Assembly: GCA_024687185.1 (NCBI GenBank)
Contig: JAILEX010000048.1
Coordinates: 1,266-65,265, forward strand
DNA length: 64,000 bases
Direction of reading: 5' to 3'
Source: Bacilli bacterium
GTDB lineage: Bacteria; Bacillota_I; Bacilli_A; RFN20; CAG-826
In this document: piece after piece, positions 39,125 through 48,990 of the stretch
Layout: each line of letters opens with the position of its first letter
Position numbering within the stretch: the first letter of the stretch is position 1
The notes under the pieces: generated by a model
Database searches by the model: none
Told to the model about the DNA's origin: nothing
What the model saw: only the letters and a program-made list of their open reading frames with translations
Program-made: the position numbers and the translations under genes

Positions 39125-39949
39125 TTACTTTTTAAAGGAGGAGGCTAATCTCTCCTCTTTTTTCATCTTGCGGACTTGCGCTATCTCGGCTTTTTTGGCG
39201 CTAAGTTTCAATGCCAAGACCTCGCTTTCCTCAACAAATCGGGCGGAGGCGGATTTAAACGAATCGGCGTTTCTAGTGGCGAAGGGAAAGGTAAAGGCGA
39301 ACGCTTCCGAGGCCTTCCTTTTCGCTTCCGTCCCCATGGTCTTGAGGGTATCGAAGTTGAGGGCGATCCTACTGGCCATCTTCTTTAATCTCGAGGCGAC
39401 CGAGAAGCTATAGCAGACATCGATCAGCAATATGCCCATGATGATGCCCAAAGCGAACAAGGAACCGATTAGCCCTTCCCCATAGTTAGTGCCATCGTAG
39501 AACAAAAGGATATCCACAAAACTAGAGAAGGCATCGTGGAGGAAGAAGACGTAGATCGCGGCGATGCCGATCCAGATAAGGGAGAAGGCGGGGCAGATGA
39601 TGCCCATGATGTTGCCCCTTCTATGGCTATAGTCCCATAGCCTTAAATGGAATACCTTCACGAAGAATAGGCCCGCGATGAATTCGAGCACGGTCGCCAT
39701 GACCCCGACGATAAGGGTGACGAGTAGCTTTTCGACGTATTCGTCTAGCCCAAGGGAAGATAAGGGCGAATACCTACAAAGGATATAGAAGACGCTTAGC
39801 CCAAAGGCGTATAAGGGGATGAAGGGCCCAACCAAAAACCCAGGTTTGACCCACCTTTTGAAGGAGACGAAGCGCCTAAAGAAGAACTCGAGGACGAAAC
39901 CCCCTAGGCCCCCTAGGAGGAAGATAATGCAAATACGAAAGAAATCCAT
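39125..39949 (-). CDS. Membrane protein, 'ABC-transporter type IV' (DUF1113/CmpB-like) family with a charged C-terminal tail
   Basis: 274 aa. GGLGGFVLEFFFRR and LWDYSHRRGN motifs as I recall for PF06541. About 5 TM helices. Confidence 0.45.
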   Translation of the reverse strand: MDFFRICIIFLLGGLGGFVLEFFFRRFVSFKRWVKPGFLVGPFIPLYAFGLSVFYILCRYSPLSSLGLDEYVEKLLVTLIVGVMATVLEFIAGLFFVKVFHLRLWDYSHRRGNIMGIICPAFSLIWIGIAAIYVFFLHDAFSSFVDILLFYDGTNYGEGLIGSLFALGIIMGILLIDVCYSFSVASRLKKMASRIALNFDTLKTMGTEAKRKASEAFAFTFPFATRNADSFKSASARFVEESEVLALKLSAKKAEIAQVRKMKKEERLASSFKK

Positions 39950-40004
39950 GCGCCTATTTTCCTACTCTTGAGGATAAAAACAACGGCTAGAAAACTATTT
40001 GCAA

Positions 40005-40013
40005 TGCTATAAT
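40005..40013 (+). promoter_or_regulatory. Candidate extended -10 promoter (TGcTATAAT) for the MFS transporter gene
   Basis: TG-C-TATAAT lies 28 nt upstream of the ATG at 40042, with a GGAGGA SD at about 40028. Confidence 0.5.
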
Positions 40014-40041
40014 CGTAAGCGAAATCGGAGGATATTCCCCT

Positions 40042-41412
40042 ATGAAACAAAATATTATGGGAAAAGGACGTTTTTGGGCGCTGATACTGATGATCGGGTT
40101 CGTCGGCCAACTCGCTTGGGCGGTCGAGAACCAATACATCAACCTTTGGGTGTTCTCGCAATCGCAAAACGCGGCCTATATCACCTGGATGACCGCGGCC
40201 TCCTCGGTTGTTGCGACGGTGGCCACCTTTCTAATCGGCGCCTTATCGGACAAACTAGGGAAAAGGAAGCTATTCATCTCCCTTGGCTATACCATCTGGG
40301 GCGTATTCGTCTTCGCCTTCGCCTTAATGAGCCTATCGAATATGAAGGCCCTTGCAGGCGGGGATCTAATGACGGCGCTACTGCTAGTTGGCATAGCTAA
40401 CGTCATCATCGACTGCCTTATGACCTTCTTCGGCAGCTCCGCAAACGATGCCTGCTTCAACGCATGGGTCACGGATAACACCAATGAGCACAATAGGCCT
40501 TTGGTCGAATCCATCCTTTCCGTTTTGCCTCTAATCGCCACCGCGGCCATGGTCGTTTTGGGTGGCGTTTTGGGGTTAGAAAAGGAAACTGATCCAAACG
40601 CCATCGAGGAAACCGCCTCTAGCGTGGCTGGGAATTGGCTGATCTTCTTTTTGATCTTCGGCGCATTGACGACGATCGTTGGCATCCTCTGCTTCTTCTT
40701 GATGCCAAAAGACAACCTTGAGCCAAAGAGGGAAAACTATTTCAAGTCTCTTGCCAAGGGCTTTACCCCTTCCTCCATCAAATCCTATCCGGACTTCTAT
40801 ATCGCCTTGATCGCCTTCTTGTTCTTCAACACGGCCGTCAATTCGTTCATGCCCTATTACCTAGTCTACTTCACCTCGACCTTGAACCTGGATAACTTCT
40901 ACCCCGCCATGGCGATCATCCTCGGCGGCTCGATGGTCATCTGCGTGGTCTTCGGCTTCTTCATGGACAAAATCGGTAAGCTCAAGCTCCTTATCCCAGG
41001 CGTCGTAGCCATGGGGTTAGGCGCCTTATTGCTATTCTTCGCCCAAGACGCCTGGTGGCCCGCCGTATTAAGCGCGACCCTCATGATGACGGGCTATCTT
41101 ATCGGCACGGCCGTTTTGGGTGCGACCATCCGCGATGAGACCAATACCGAGGCTATCGGCGCATTGCAGGGAGTCAGGATGATATTCGCCGTCCTCATCC
41201 CGATGATCGTGGGCAGCAACATCTCCCTCGCGGTCTTCTCCAACCAAACAACAAGCGCCACAGGCAGTGTCCTCTATCCCGATAGGAACATGTTCATCGT
41301 GACCGCGGTCGCCGCGAGTTTGGCCATCATCCCATCCGTTTTCCTAATCGTCAGGAAAGTCAAAAGGAATAATCTAGAGCAGGCGAAGAAAGAGGAAAGC
41401 GAATCCGAATAA
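40042..41412 (+). CDS. MFS-type transporter
   Basis: 456 aa, about 12 TM helices. GALSDKLGKRKLF loop motif between TM2 and TM3. Confidence 0.8.
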   Translation: MKQNIMGKGRFWALILMIGFVGQLAWAVENQYINLWVFSQSQNAAYITWMTAASSVVATVATFLIGALSDKLGKRKLFISLGYTIWGVFVFAFALMSLSNMKALAGGDLMTALLLVGIANVIIDCLMTFFGSSANDACFNAWVTDNTNEHNRPLVESILSVLPLIATAAMVVLGGVLGLEKETDPNAIEETASSVAGNWLIFFLIFGALTTIVGILCFFLMPKDNLEPKRENYFKSLAKGFTPSSIKSYPDFYIALIAFLFFNTAVNSFMPYYLVYFTSTLNLDNFYPAMAIILGGSMVICVVFGFFMDKIGKLKLLIPGVVAMGLGALLLFFAQDAWWPAVLSATLMMTGYLIGTAVLGATIRDETNTEAIGALQGVRMIFAVLIPMIVGSNISLAVFSNQTTSATGSVLYPDRNMFIVTAVAASLAIIPSVFLIVRKVKRNNLEQAKKEESESE

Positions 41413-41482
41413 GCGGGTTTTGCAGGGTTTTCGATCAAAATCATGGGGATTTTCCTTCGGATTTCCCTAAAGATTTCCCTTG

Positions 41483-41511
41483 TTGCCCATTACCCTTTGC
41501 AAGGGTATACT
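41483..41511 (+). promoter_or_regulatory. Candidate promoter for the 41535 gene
   Basis: TTGCCC, 17-nt spacer, TATACT, about 24 nt upstream of the ATG. Confidence 0.45.
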
Positions 41512-41534
41512 TTCCCCCGGAGACTAATTGAATT

Positions 41535-41996
41535 ATGAAAAAGACAAAAACGTTAATTGGCTTAGTCGCGACGATCTGCGCCATCGTAGCGATCTTCACC
41601 TTGTTCGCCGCCGCATTCGCCGGGGTCAACAACTATCCTTCTGGCAGAGGCAGCGTCTACCAAATCATGTTCGGCAACTATCAGGGCTATGACGCCGTTC
41701 CCGGACTCATCGCCGCCTGGGCCGTCCTTCTCGCCGCTTCCCTTACTTTGCTAATCGGTTCCTTCCTTCCTAGCAAACTCGGCGGAATCGTCCTAGGACT
41801 TGGCGCCCTTCTCTCCCTTACCGCCGGCATCCTCTTCTTCTTCGGCCCTCAGTTCTATCTAGCCGTCATCAATAACGGCCAGCCGGTCGCCGAAGAGAAT
41901 CCGACCCTTGGCTATGGGCTTATCATCTCCGCGATCTTCGCGATCCTAGGCGCCATCATGGGTCTATTCGCGGCCCGCACCGCGATGAAGGCCTAA
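41535..41996 (+). CDS. Small 4-TM membrane protein, unknown function
   Basis: 153-aa hydrophobic ORF followed by a terminator. Confidence 0.5.
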   Translation: MKKTKTLIGLVATICAIVAIFTLFAAAFAGVNNYPSGRGSVYQIMFGNYQGYDAVPGLIAAWAVLLAASLTLLIGSFLPSKLGGIVLGLGALLSLTAGILFFFGPQFYLAVINNGQPVAEENPTLGYGLIISAIFAILGAIMGLFAARTAMKA

Positions 41997-42022
41997 GCCC
42001 GATACATTAAATCGATTTATTC

Positions 42023-42050
42023 GCCCAGCCACTTGGTTGGGCTTTTCTTT
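42023..42050 (+). terminator. Intrinsic terminator
   Basis: GCCCAGCC-ACTT-GGTTGGGC followed by TTTTCTTTT. Confidence 0.7.
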
Positions 42051-42176
42051 TCGCTTTCCTTTGCCCCTAGTTTTGCCACTAGGGCACTTCCTAGGCCTTT
42101 TCACCCATTAAGGCATTAATGTGCCTATCTTTTCTCCTAGTGGCCCCTAGGGCTTATTTAAGGGAATGGGGGCAAT

Positions 42177-42205
42177 AAAAAGAAAAGGCGGAGCATAAGT
42201 CCGCC
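42177..42205 (-). terminator. Intrinsic terminator after the CarD-like gene
   Basis: The minus strand reads GGCGGA-CTTATGC-TCCGCC followed by TTTTCTTTTT. Confidence 0.7.
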
Positions 42206-42228
42206 AAAGTTAACCAATAGGTATTTCC

Positions 42229-42717
42229 CTATAATCCGAACCGGCTAAGGATATAGGGCCTGATCTCGCCATATTCGATGTCTAAGGCATAGCTAAGCGA
42301 GCCATAGACCAAGGGTTCGGCCCTAGAGACGAACTGCCCATCCATCGAATTGAGGTGGCCGTCCTTCTTCTTCCTTTGCATCGCCCCTTCCAATAGGGGT
42401 GCGAGGGCGCTAATGGAACCTGAGCCTAGGGTTTCCTCATAGCAGGTCTTCCTCTTCTTGGAATCGACTAGATAATGGTTCTCGTCGGGATCTGGCCAAG
42501 AGGAGACGATATCTTCCGCCTCTTCCTTCGATAGGGGGGCGGAAAGGGAGACGGCATTCATAAGGGGAACGCGGACGAGGTTGCCTTTGTCTTCGCCATA
42601 AAGAGGGGAGAGCACATAGTAAAGATTGCCCGAATTATCGCCTGGAAGGGGGGCGATCTCATTGACAAGGCATACACCGACTCTTTTATGGAAAACGTAA
42701 CTACCTTTTTTAAACAT
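42229..42717 (-). CDS. CarD/CdnL-family RNA-polymerase-binding regulator
   Basis: 162 aa. N-terminal MFKKGSYVFHKRVGVCLVNEI...YYVLSP (Tudor-like CarD_CdnL_TRCF pattern). Typical size. Confidence 0.65.
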   Translation of the reverse strand: MFKKGSYVFHKRVGVCLVNEIAPLPGDNSGNLYYVLSPLYGEDKGNLVRVPLMNAVSLSAPLSKEEAEDIVSSWPDPDENHYLVDSKKRKTCYEETLGSGSISALAPLLEGAMQRKKKDGHLNSMDGQFVSRAEPLVYGSLSYALDIEYGEIRPYILSRFGL

Positions 42718-42781
42718 CGCATTCCTCCTTTCCTAAAACGAAACAGCGACAGTATGATTAGAAGAACCAAACCTTAATTCA

Positions 42782-42810
42782 AGTATACCCTCGAAATCGT
42801 CAAATTTCAA
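42782..42810 (-). promoter_or_regulatory. Candidate promoter of the CarD-like gene
   Basis: Minus strand: TTGAAA, 17-nt spacer, TATACT, about 65 nt upstream of the ATG. Strong SD AGGAAAGGAGGAA. Confidence 0.55.
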
Positions 42811-42932
42811 CCGCTAGGAACCCTTAAAAAAACTAAGAAATATCCGAATGGACTATATAAAATTTATTAGGACGTAGGTTGGCAAGTGTATGAAAAACCT
42901 ATATTAATTTTGTCATTTAATTAATTGCCGAT

Positions 42933-43613
42933 TTACTTGACCAAAGAAAGGATGTAATTCTCTAAATCCCCCATGCCTTCGCCGGTTTTCGCGGAGACGG
43001 GGAAGAAGACGGCGTCCTCATTGAGCCTTTTGATGGCCGTTTCGGCTTTGACGTGATCGAAGTCAAAGAAGGGGGCGGCGTCCATCTTGGTGAAGACGAA
43101 CGCATTTCCCTTGGTGAACATCAAAGGATACTTAAGGGGTTTGTCATCCCCTTCTGGGACGGAGAGCAAGACTAGGTTCATATTGGCCCCGGTATCGAAT
43201 TCGGCGGGGCAGACGAGGTTACCGATATTTTCCAAGATAACTAGGTCAAGATCCTCTAACCCAAAGGCATCGAGGGCCTCATCGACCATCTTGGCATCGA
43301 GGTGGCATTCGCCGGAGGTGTGTAACTGCATCGCCTTGACGCCGGTTTTCTCTTGGATCGTCTCGGCGTCGACGAGCGCATCCATATCGGCCTCGATGAC
43401 GCCGATGCGGACCTTGTCCTTCAAAGAGTTGATTAGGCGGACAAGCAACGTGGTCTTCCCAGAGCCCGGGGAGGACATGAGGTTGATGAGGAAAACGTGT
43501 TTTTCCCTAAGTTTGGCCCTTACAAGCTCAGCCCGAGTGTCGTTATTGGCCAAGACGCTCTGTTTGACCTTGATAACGCGTACACGCTCTTCCTTATTTC
43601 CGTCGAATTTCAT
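42933..43613 (-). CDS. hypB: Nickel-metallochaperone GTPase HypB (G3E family)
   Basis: 226 aa. Motifs SVLANNDTRA, MSSPGSGKTTLL, ENIGNLVCPAEFD and FTKMD. No other hyp or hydrogenase genes are present in the window. Confidence 0.8.
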   Translation of the reverse strand: MKFDGNKEERVRVIKVKQSVLANNDTRAELVRAKLREKHVFLINLMSSPGSGKTTLLVRLINSLKDKVRIGVIEADMDALVDAETIQEKTGVKAMQLHTSGECHLDAKMVDEALDAFGLEDLDLVILENIGNLVCPAEFDTGANMNLVLLSVPEGDDKPLKYPLMFTKGNAFVFTKMDAAPFFDFDHVKAETAIKRLNEDAVFFPVSAKTGEGMGDLENYILSLVK

Positions 43614-43906
43614 AATCTACTCCTACAAATGGGTTTTTTGATCCCAGTGATAATAGTTTACCATCTTTGGGACCACTTTAAACACTCCTTAATGTAATCG
43701 AGTTTCCCTTTCCTCGGTTTTCAACAATCTTGTTTTTGATACTAGATTGCGATTTTACCCTATTTTCCTTCGATAAAATGCCGACTCTACGAAAAAGAGA
43801 ACGGTTGTTCTTCCTTTTGGAAATTGGATTTTTGGATTAATAGAGTGCGCACGCACGATAAATAGGACTTAAATACGTGCGGCGTTAAGCCAGAAAGGAA
43901 GATCGG

Positions 43907-44809
43907 ATGAAGGTTGTGACAATCGCGCTTCTCTCCATCGGCGTCGTCGGCGCCGTGGTGGGCGGCATCGGGGTTGGCAAGGTAGTCGCGGGGACGTTTA
44001 AGCCCGACACCACCGAATACCTCGTCGACGAGGTTCAAGTCGACGTCGAAAGTGCCCTAGCCGCCTATAACGATATCAGCAAGGGCAACAAAGACTACAC
44101 CAAGCTTAGCCCTGACCAAGCGGTCCAAGTGGCCTTCCACCGATTCGGCCAGGAAGAGCAAAACTACTCCATCGGCGTCGGTAGCTCCCTCGCTTCCATC
44201 GTCAAGCAGACCATTCTTGCAAGGTCCGCCAAAAACGGCGAGGAATGCTTCGAGGAATCGATATCGTTAGGACTTGTGAACATCCATGACCGCATGTTCC
44301 AGAAGGGGGACAACATCGATACCTATTGGGGCGAAGGCGAGGATTACGCCGCCCACCCCAAAGTGAGTTACTCCGGCACCGATTACGCCTTAATGATGGG
44401 TAGGCAAGTCAAGGAAAGCCTCGTCTACATCGTCGCCCCGGAGACGCTAAACGCAACCTCGCTCTCAGGCGACCCCCTAAGCGGGATCTCCAAAGAGGAC
44501 GATGGTTACAAAATCGAGATCGAACTGGATCCGGTGAAAGGCGTCGCGAACTACCAAAAGCAGATGCAGACCATCTCCGATTTGGCAGCCAAACCCAGCT
44601 TCACCTATTGCCACCTCACCGTCTATACCGACGCCAACCTCGATCTGAAGAGGTTTGAGACCCATGAATCCTACTTCGCCAAAACCAAAGCGGGCGTAGG
44701 AAGCGTGGCGGAGGGAAGGCTTAACACGCTCTATTACCATAACACCCTTCCAGAGGAGGGCTTCCCCAAGGTGGATAGCCCCTCATACAACTACCCAGAA
44801 AGCCTATAA
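43907..44809 (+). CDS. Membrane-anchored (N-terminal TM helix) extracytoplasmic protein, unknown family; first gene of the giant-protein module
   Basis: 300 aa. MKVVTIALLSIGVVGAVVGGIGVG anchor. SD GAAAGGAAG. It lies 30 nt upstream of the next gene. Confidence 0.55.
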   Translation: MKVVTIALLSIGVVGAVVGGIGVGKVVAGTFKPDTTEYLVDEVQVDVESALAAYNDISKGNKDYTKLSPDQAVQVAFHRFGQEEQNYSIGVGSSLASIVKQTILARSAKNGEECFEESISLGLVNIHDRMFQKGDNIDTYWGEGEDYAAHPKVSYSGTDYALMMGRQVKESLVYIVAPETLNATSLSGDPLSGISKEDDGYKIEIELDPVKGVANYQKQMQTISDLAAKPSFTYCHLTVYTDANLDLKRFETHESYFAKTKAGVGSVAEGRLNTLYYHNTLPEEGFPKVDSPSYNYPESL

Positions 44810-44839
44810 GGCAAAAATAGCAATCAAGGAGGAAAAACC

Positions 44840-47800
44840 ATGAAAGGAAATTCCAAGAAGGCGGCAAAGGCCGCCGCCGCAGGAGTCAAAGCGGCCCACA
44901 AAGTCCGCAACGGCATCATCGTTGGGGCCAGCATGTTCGGTTTGTTCGCCGGCAGCGCCGCCACGACCTTCTTCACCACCGAAGGCAAGGTCACGGTCAT
45001 CGACTTAAGGGACGAAGAAGGTGGGGAACCCACCCTTCTTACCGGTAAGGACCGCTTCATCTCCAATTTGGCAAGCAGCGCAACCACCGGTCTAAATATC
45101 TCCGTCACCGACCTTAAGCTAGACCAATATTACGTCGATAGCGAAGGAAATGAGGACACAAGCAAAGGACATAACACCATCACCAATGGCAAGACGACCT
45201 CGGGCGAATCCGCGCCCATCTCGATCGCCTTGAAGATGGATGAGCTCTCCCTACATGGCATTAACCTTGCCCTAACCGCGCCGATTGCCTATAGCAACAA
45301 TGGAAGCAACGCCAAATACCGTGGCGTGCACGCGTCCCTACTTCCCTATGCCTTCGATGGCGAAAACGATGAGCAAACCCTCTTCGTCAACCTCTTCGAT
45401 AACGGCAATGACGTCTTTAGTGAGGACGAAGACGGCAATACGGTGGTCAGCCAATCTAGCGGAGGCAGTTGGAACTTCAAATACCGCGTTGGCGTCGATA
45501 GCAAGGATTCGACCTACTTCGATAGCGAGGCCAACGTCACCGATGCGACCACCCGCGGCACCGAATACTATGAATATGGCGAACTCGACTGGTTCCTCGC
45601 CGATATCCTCGATATCCTCTCCGAAGGCGCCATCAGCGTCGATTTCGGCGACATGATAAACGACCTTTTCTCCAAGGAAACCACCAATAACGCAAACGCC
45701 AACACCCAAGCGGCCGCCACCGAAACCACGGGCGGGGATTCCTCCAACGAGGAAACTAGCGATAGCACCCCAAGCGGCATCTCCATCGATGACATCATGG
45801 CCTCGATGGGCGAGATGCAGGATGTCGGCACCGAAGAAGCCCCCTACTTCGTCTGGGAACTCCCCCTTGGCGATAAGACCTTGGTGCTGGGGATGGGTGG
45901 CGATAGCGAATATAACCTCTCCTCCGTCGATTTGCCCGCCAAAGCCGTCAAGGGCGAAGATGGGACCTATACCCTATCCACCTCCAGCGTGGACCCCTGG
46001 AAGATCCAAGACGGATTGACCTTGTCCGCCCACGCCGATATCAATGGCAACCTCCCCTCCTCTTGGGCGAGTCAGGTCTATGGTAACGTAAGCGACTATA
46101 AAAAGCTCACCGATAGCGCCGCCATGTTCAAGCGCATCGCCAAGGCCGTCGCCTCCCCCGAACTCGGCGTGGACGCCTCCTTCACGATCGGCCATAACGA
46201 GGACGCCGTCGAAGGAAGCCGCACCGTCTTAAGGAAAGACGCCGTCTCCGAGGCATTGAAAATCGACCTTAGCGCCGGACTTGACCTATATGATGACGCC
46301 AATAAGGCCTACGCCCTAGAAGGCATCGACGTCGACTTGAAGATCGACCAGGTCCGCGAATCGACCGACTTCAAAGGACATGAGATCCAGGTCGCCTATT
46401 TAAAAGAGGACGCGGACGCGGAGGTAAGCGCATATAACGCCTACGTCAACGTCAACGACGTGCTTCTTGCCAAAACCAGCAAAACCTACCTCGATGAGCT
46501 CATCACCGACGTCAAGGAATCCACCTTCTTCTCCTCTTCTAGCGAAGACAATCAAAGCGATGGCGTTAGCCTCGATTCCTTCCTTGACCTATTGGGCGAC
46601 GATATCAACGCCATCTTGGATAGCGATTTGGTTAACGGCATCAAATCCGGTTCCTATACCGCAATCGCCGATCTCATCTCCTCTATTGAGGCCAACGACA
46701 ATAACATCACGGTCACCCTCTCTTTGGCGCCACTAGGATTAAATGGCGGCACCATCTCGCTAGTCATCGATGGCGCAACCGACGATAACGGCAACTACAC
46801 CAATAGCCTAGTCGAACTTAGCATCGCTAACGTCAATTTCGGCAATTTCTCCCTTAATGGCACCCTCGAAGTCGATGGCCTTAGCCGCGAAGTCAAGGCA
46901 TTAACCGCCCCGGAAGGCAAAGCGTTTGAAAGCCTAAGCCACGTCAGGGGCATCTTCGGCACCGTCGAGAAGATCGCCGATAGCAAATCCTTCTCCGCCT
47001 CGATTTCTGGCGCCGCCTATAAGGAAGATGGCACCACCAAGAGCATGGAGATCGTCGATAGCGGCCTAGCCTTCAACTTCAACGAAGGCAAGACCTCTGG
47101 CAAAGTCAACGTCGAACTAGACACCTATGGAGACGTCAACCAGCAGCATAACATCAAACTGGGCCTAGACAACATGGACGTCGTTAGCCTAGACGAGAAC
47201 AATAACGAAGTGACCACCAACGACAAGGTCATCGGATTCTCCTATGATTCCAAGTCCACCAAGGAGAACTTCGTCAGCCAGTCTAGCGACAAAGCGGTTT
47301 CCGGCAGGGTTGGGCTCAATTCCGCCAAAACCGCATTGGACAACATCGATTTGGGCAACCTCCTCTCCTTCTTCTCCGATGACGATAGGTTCTCTCGCCT
47401 ATCAAGCGCCCTATTGAAGGAAGAATCCGGTTCGCTTTTAAGCGATTTGATGTCTGGCAAATATTTCGGACTATTCGAAAAACAGGGCCTTATCTCGAGC
47501 CTTTCCTTAGGAAGCACCACCGACTTGACCATCGATGCCAGCAAACTTGGCATGGAAGGCACCACGATCGACCTCTCCCTCTCCTATCTTGCCAACACCG
47601 AATCCGTCGATGAGGACAATAACGCCTCGATCGTCGAAGGCGGATTAGACGCCTTAAACCTCGTCATCAAGAAAGACGGCGTCAAATCCTTTGAGGTGAA
47701 GGTAGATGAAATCGATACCCTAGAGGACACCTCCACCAAGGTCGCTTCCTTCGCCGACATCACTTCCCTCGATGACTTCACCCCGATCGTCGACCTAGCC

Positions 47801-48898
47801 GGCGAATTGCTTAACACGCTCACCCTAGGCTATTCTAGCGATGAAAATGACACCGCCACGCAATCCCAAAGCGAAACCCTAACGGGCGTCTCCTACTATG
47901 GAGTGGAAGGCTCGGTCGGACTAGAACTCGTCGGCGACGAGGTCGAGATCTATGACTTCGATGCGCAGGCCTCGGTCGAAGGCGCGGAAACCAAACTCGC
48001 CGTCAACTTCGATGACCTCCCCGTAGTCCGTGGCCTAAACGGTCCCAATTCCGATACCTACTATCGCCGCAACGAACTCCTTGGGCAGAGGGATAGCAAC
48101 ATCTATTTCTACGCCAACGGCATTAATCCCGAGGGCGAATTCCTACTTACCCGCGATTCCTCCTATGGCAAGGTAAGGAACGTCAAAGACGCCGTCAGGG
48201 TCTCTGGCAAGGATTACACGAGCGACTTCCTTAACTGGGTCCTTGAATACACCATCGGCGTAGACGAATCCCTGCTTGAAGAAGATAGCGAAAACACCTC
48301 TACCTCCACCGAAACCACGGCGGAAACTACCAGCGAAGCCGCCTGGAACCCCTTCGCCAACGGCATCCATATCGCCGATTGCTGGAACGGTTTCTCCGTC
48401 GATACCGCCGCAGCCAACAAAACCACCTATACCCTAGGGCTAGACCTAGGCGAACTCCTAGGCATCGGCATCTTAGGCGATGCTAACGTCAAACTCGTCT
48501 CCAACGACCTAAAATGCGGCAACGTCTCCGCCAGATGCCTAAGCGAAGTCCATGTTTCCGCCGGCGTCGACGTGACCTCCACCAGCGACACCACCATGCA
48601 CATCGCAAGCGTCTCCGTCGACTTGGCCCTCACCAACCTTGGCGACGTCGACGATAACGGCTATAGCCTAGTCGACCCGGTCCTTGGCGAAGGAAGCAAT
48701 TATTATTCTCTTTTTGTCGGCACGGTCGACGATAATGGCAAAATGGATAGCCAGAATACCGTCTTAGGCGAACTATATTCGCTAAAGGACGGCTTCCAAT
48801 CCGACGACGTGAACAATGCCTACTATAACCTCTATGGCTATAACCTCATCGGCAAGGAAAACGTAGTCGCGGGCAACTACTATTTAGGCATCGACTAA
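44840..48898 (+). CDS. Giant (1352 aa) acidic membrane-anchored surface protein, unknown family (paralog A)
   Basis: Uninterrupted 4-kb ORF with a strong SD (AAGGAGGAAAAACC-ATG). Lys/Ala-rich cytoplasmic tail, then a TM helix (IIVGASMFGLFAGSAATTFF), then a D/E/S/T/N/G-rich ectodomain. Collinear with the next gene. Confidence 0.7.
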   Translation: MKGNSKKAAKAAAAGVKAAHKVRNGIIVGASMFGLFAGSAATTFFTTEGKVTVIDLRDEEGGEPTLLTGKDRFISNLASSATTGLNISVTDLKLDQYYVDSEGNEDTSKGHNTITNGKTTSGESAPISIALKMDELSLHGINLALTAPIAYSNNGSNAKYRGVHASLLPYAFDGENDEQTLFVNLFDNGNDVFSEDEDGNTVVSQSSGGSWNFKYRVGVDSKDSTYFDSEANVTDATTRGTEYYEYGELDWFLADILDILSEGAISVDFGDMINDLFSKETTNNANANTQAAATETTGGDSSNEETSDSTPSGISIDDIMASMGEMQDVGTEEAPYFVWELPLGDKTLVLGMGGDSEYNLSSVDLPAKAVKGEDGTYTLSTSSVDPWKIQDGLTLSAHADINGNLPSSWASQVYGNVSDYKKLTDSAAMFKRIAKAVASPELGVDASFTIGHNEDAVEGSRTVLRKDAVSEALKIDLSAGLDLYDDANKAYALEGIDVDLKIDQVRESTDFKGHEIQVAYLKEDADAEVSAYNAYVNVNDVLLAKTSKTYLDELITDVKESTFFSSSSEDNQSDGVSLDSFLDLLGDDINAILDSDLVNGIKSGSYTAIADLISSIEANDNNITVTLSLAPLGLNGGTISLVIDGATDDNGNYTNSLVELSIANVNFGNFSLNGTLEVDGLSREVKALTAPEGKAFESLSHVRGIFGTVEKIADSKSFSASISGAAYKEDGTTKSMEIVDSGLAFNFNEGKTSGKVNVELDTYGDVNQQHNIKLGLDNMDVVSLDENNNEVTTNDKVIGFSYDSKSTKENFVSQSSDKAVSGRVGLNSAKTALDNIDLGNLLSFFSDDDRFSRLSSALLKEESGSLLSDLMSGKYFGLFEKQGLISSLSLGSTTDLTIDASKLGMEGTTIDLSLSYLANTESVDEDNNASIVEGGLDALNLVIKKDGVKSFEVKVDEIDTLEDTSTKVASFADITSLDDFTPIVDLAGELLNTLTLGYSSDENDTATQSQSETLTGVSYYGVEGSVGLELVGDEVEIYDFDAQASVEGAETKLAVNFDDLPVVRGLNGPNSDTYYRRNELLGQRDSNIYFYANGINPEGEFLLTRDSSYGKVRNVKDAVRVSGKDYTSDFLNWVLEYTIGVDESLLEEDSENTSTSTETTAETTSEAAWNPFANGIHIADCWNGFSVDTAAANKTTYTLGLDLGELLGIGILGDANVKLVSNDLKCGNVSARCLSEVHVSAGVDVTSTSDTTMHIASVSVDLALTNLGDVDDNGYSLVDPVLGEGSNYYSLFVGTVDDNGKMDSQNTVLGELYSLKDGFQSDDVNNAYYNLYGYNLIGKENVVAGNYYLGID

Positions 48899-48990
48899 GC
48901 CAAAATTCCCGCAAAACCCAACTATTTATCTCCCCATTTCCCCCTTTTCGCTAAGGGGGGTGGGGGAAAGTAAAAAGGAAAAAGAAGAAC

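Noticed and set aside
45285-48636. Numerous short ORFs on both strands inside the giant protein genes, and similarly across 49427-52609
   Set aside because: These are shadow frames of long, uninterrupted, SD-preceded ORFs. Several are Arg/Pro/Ser-rich (for example 52259-52609), as expected from reading GC-rich codons out of frame.
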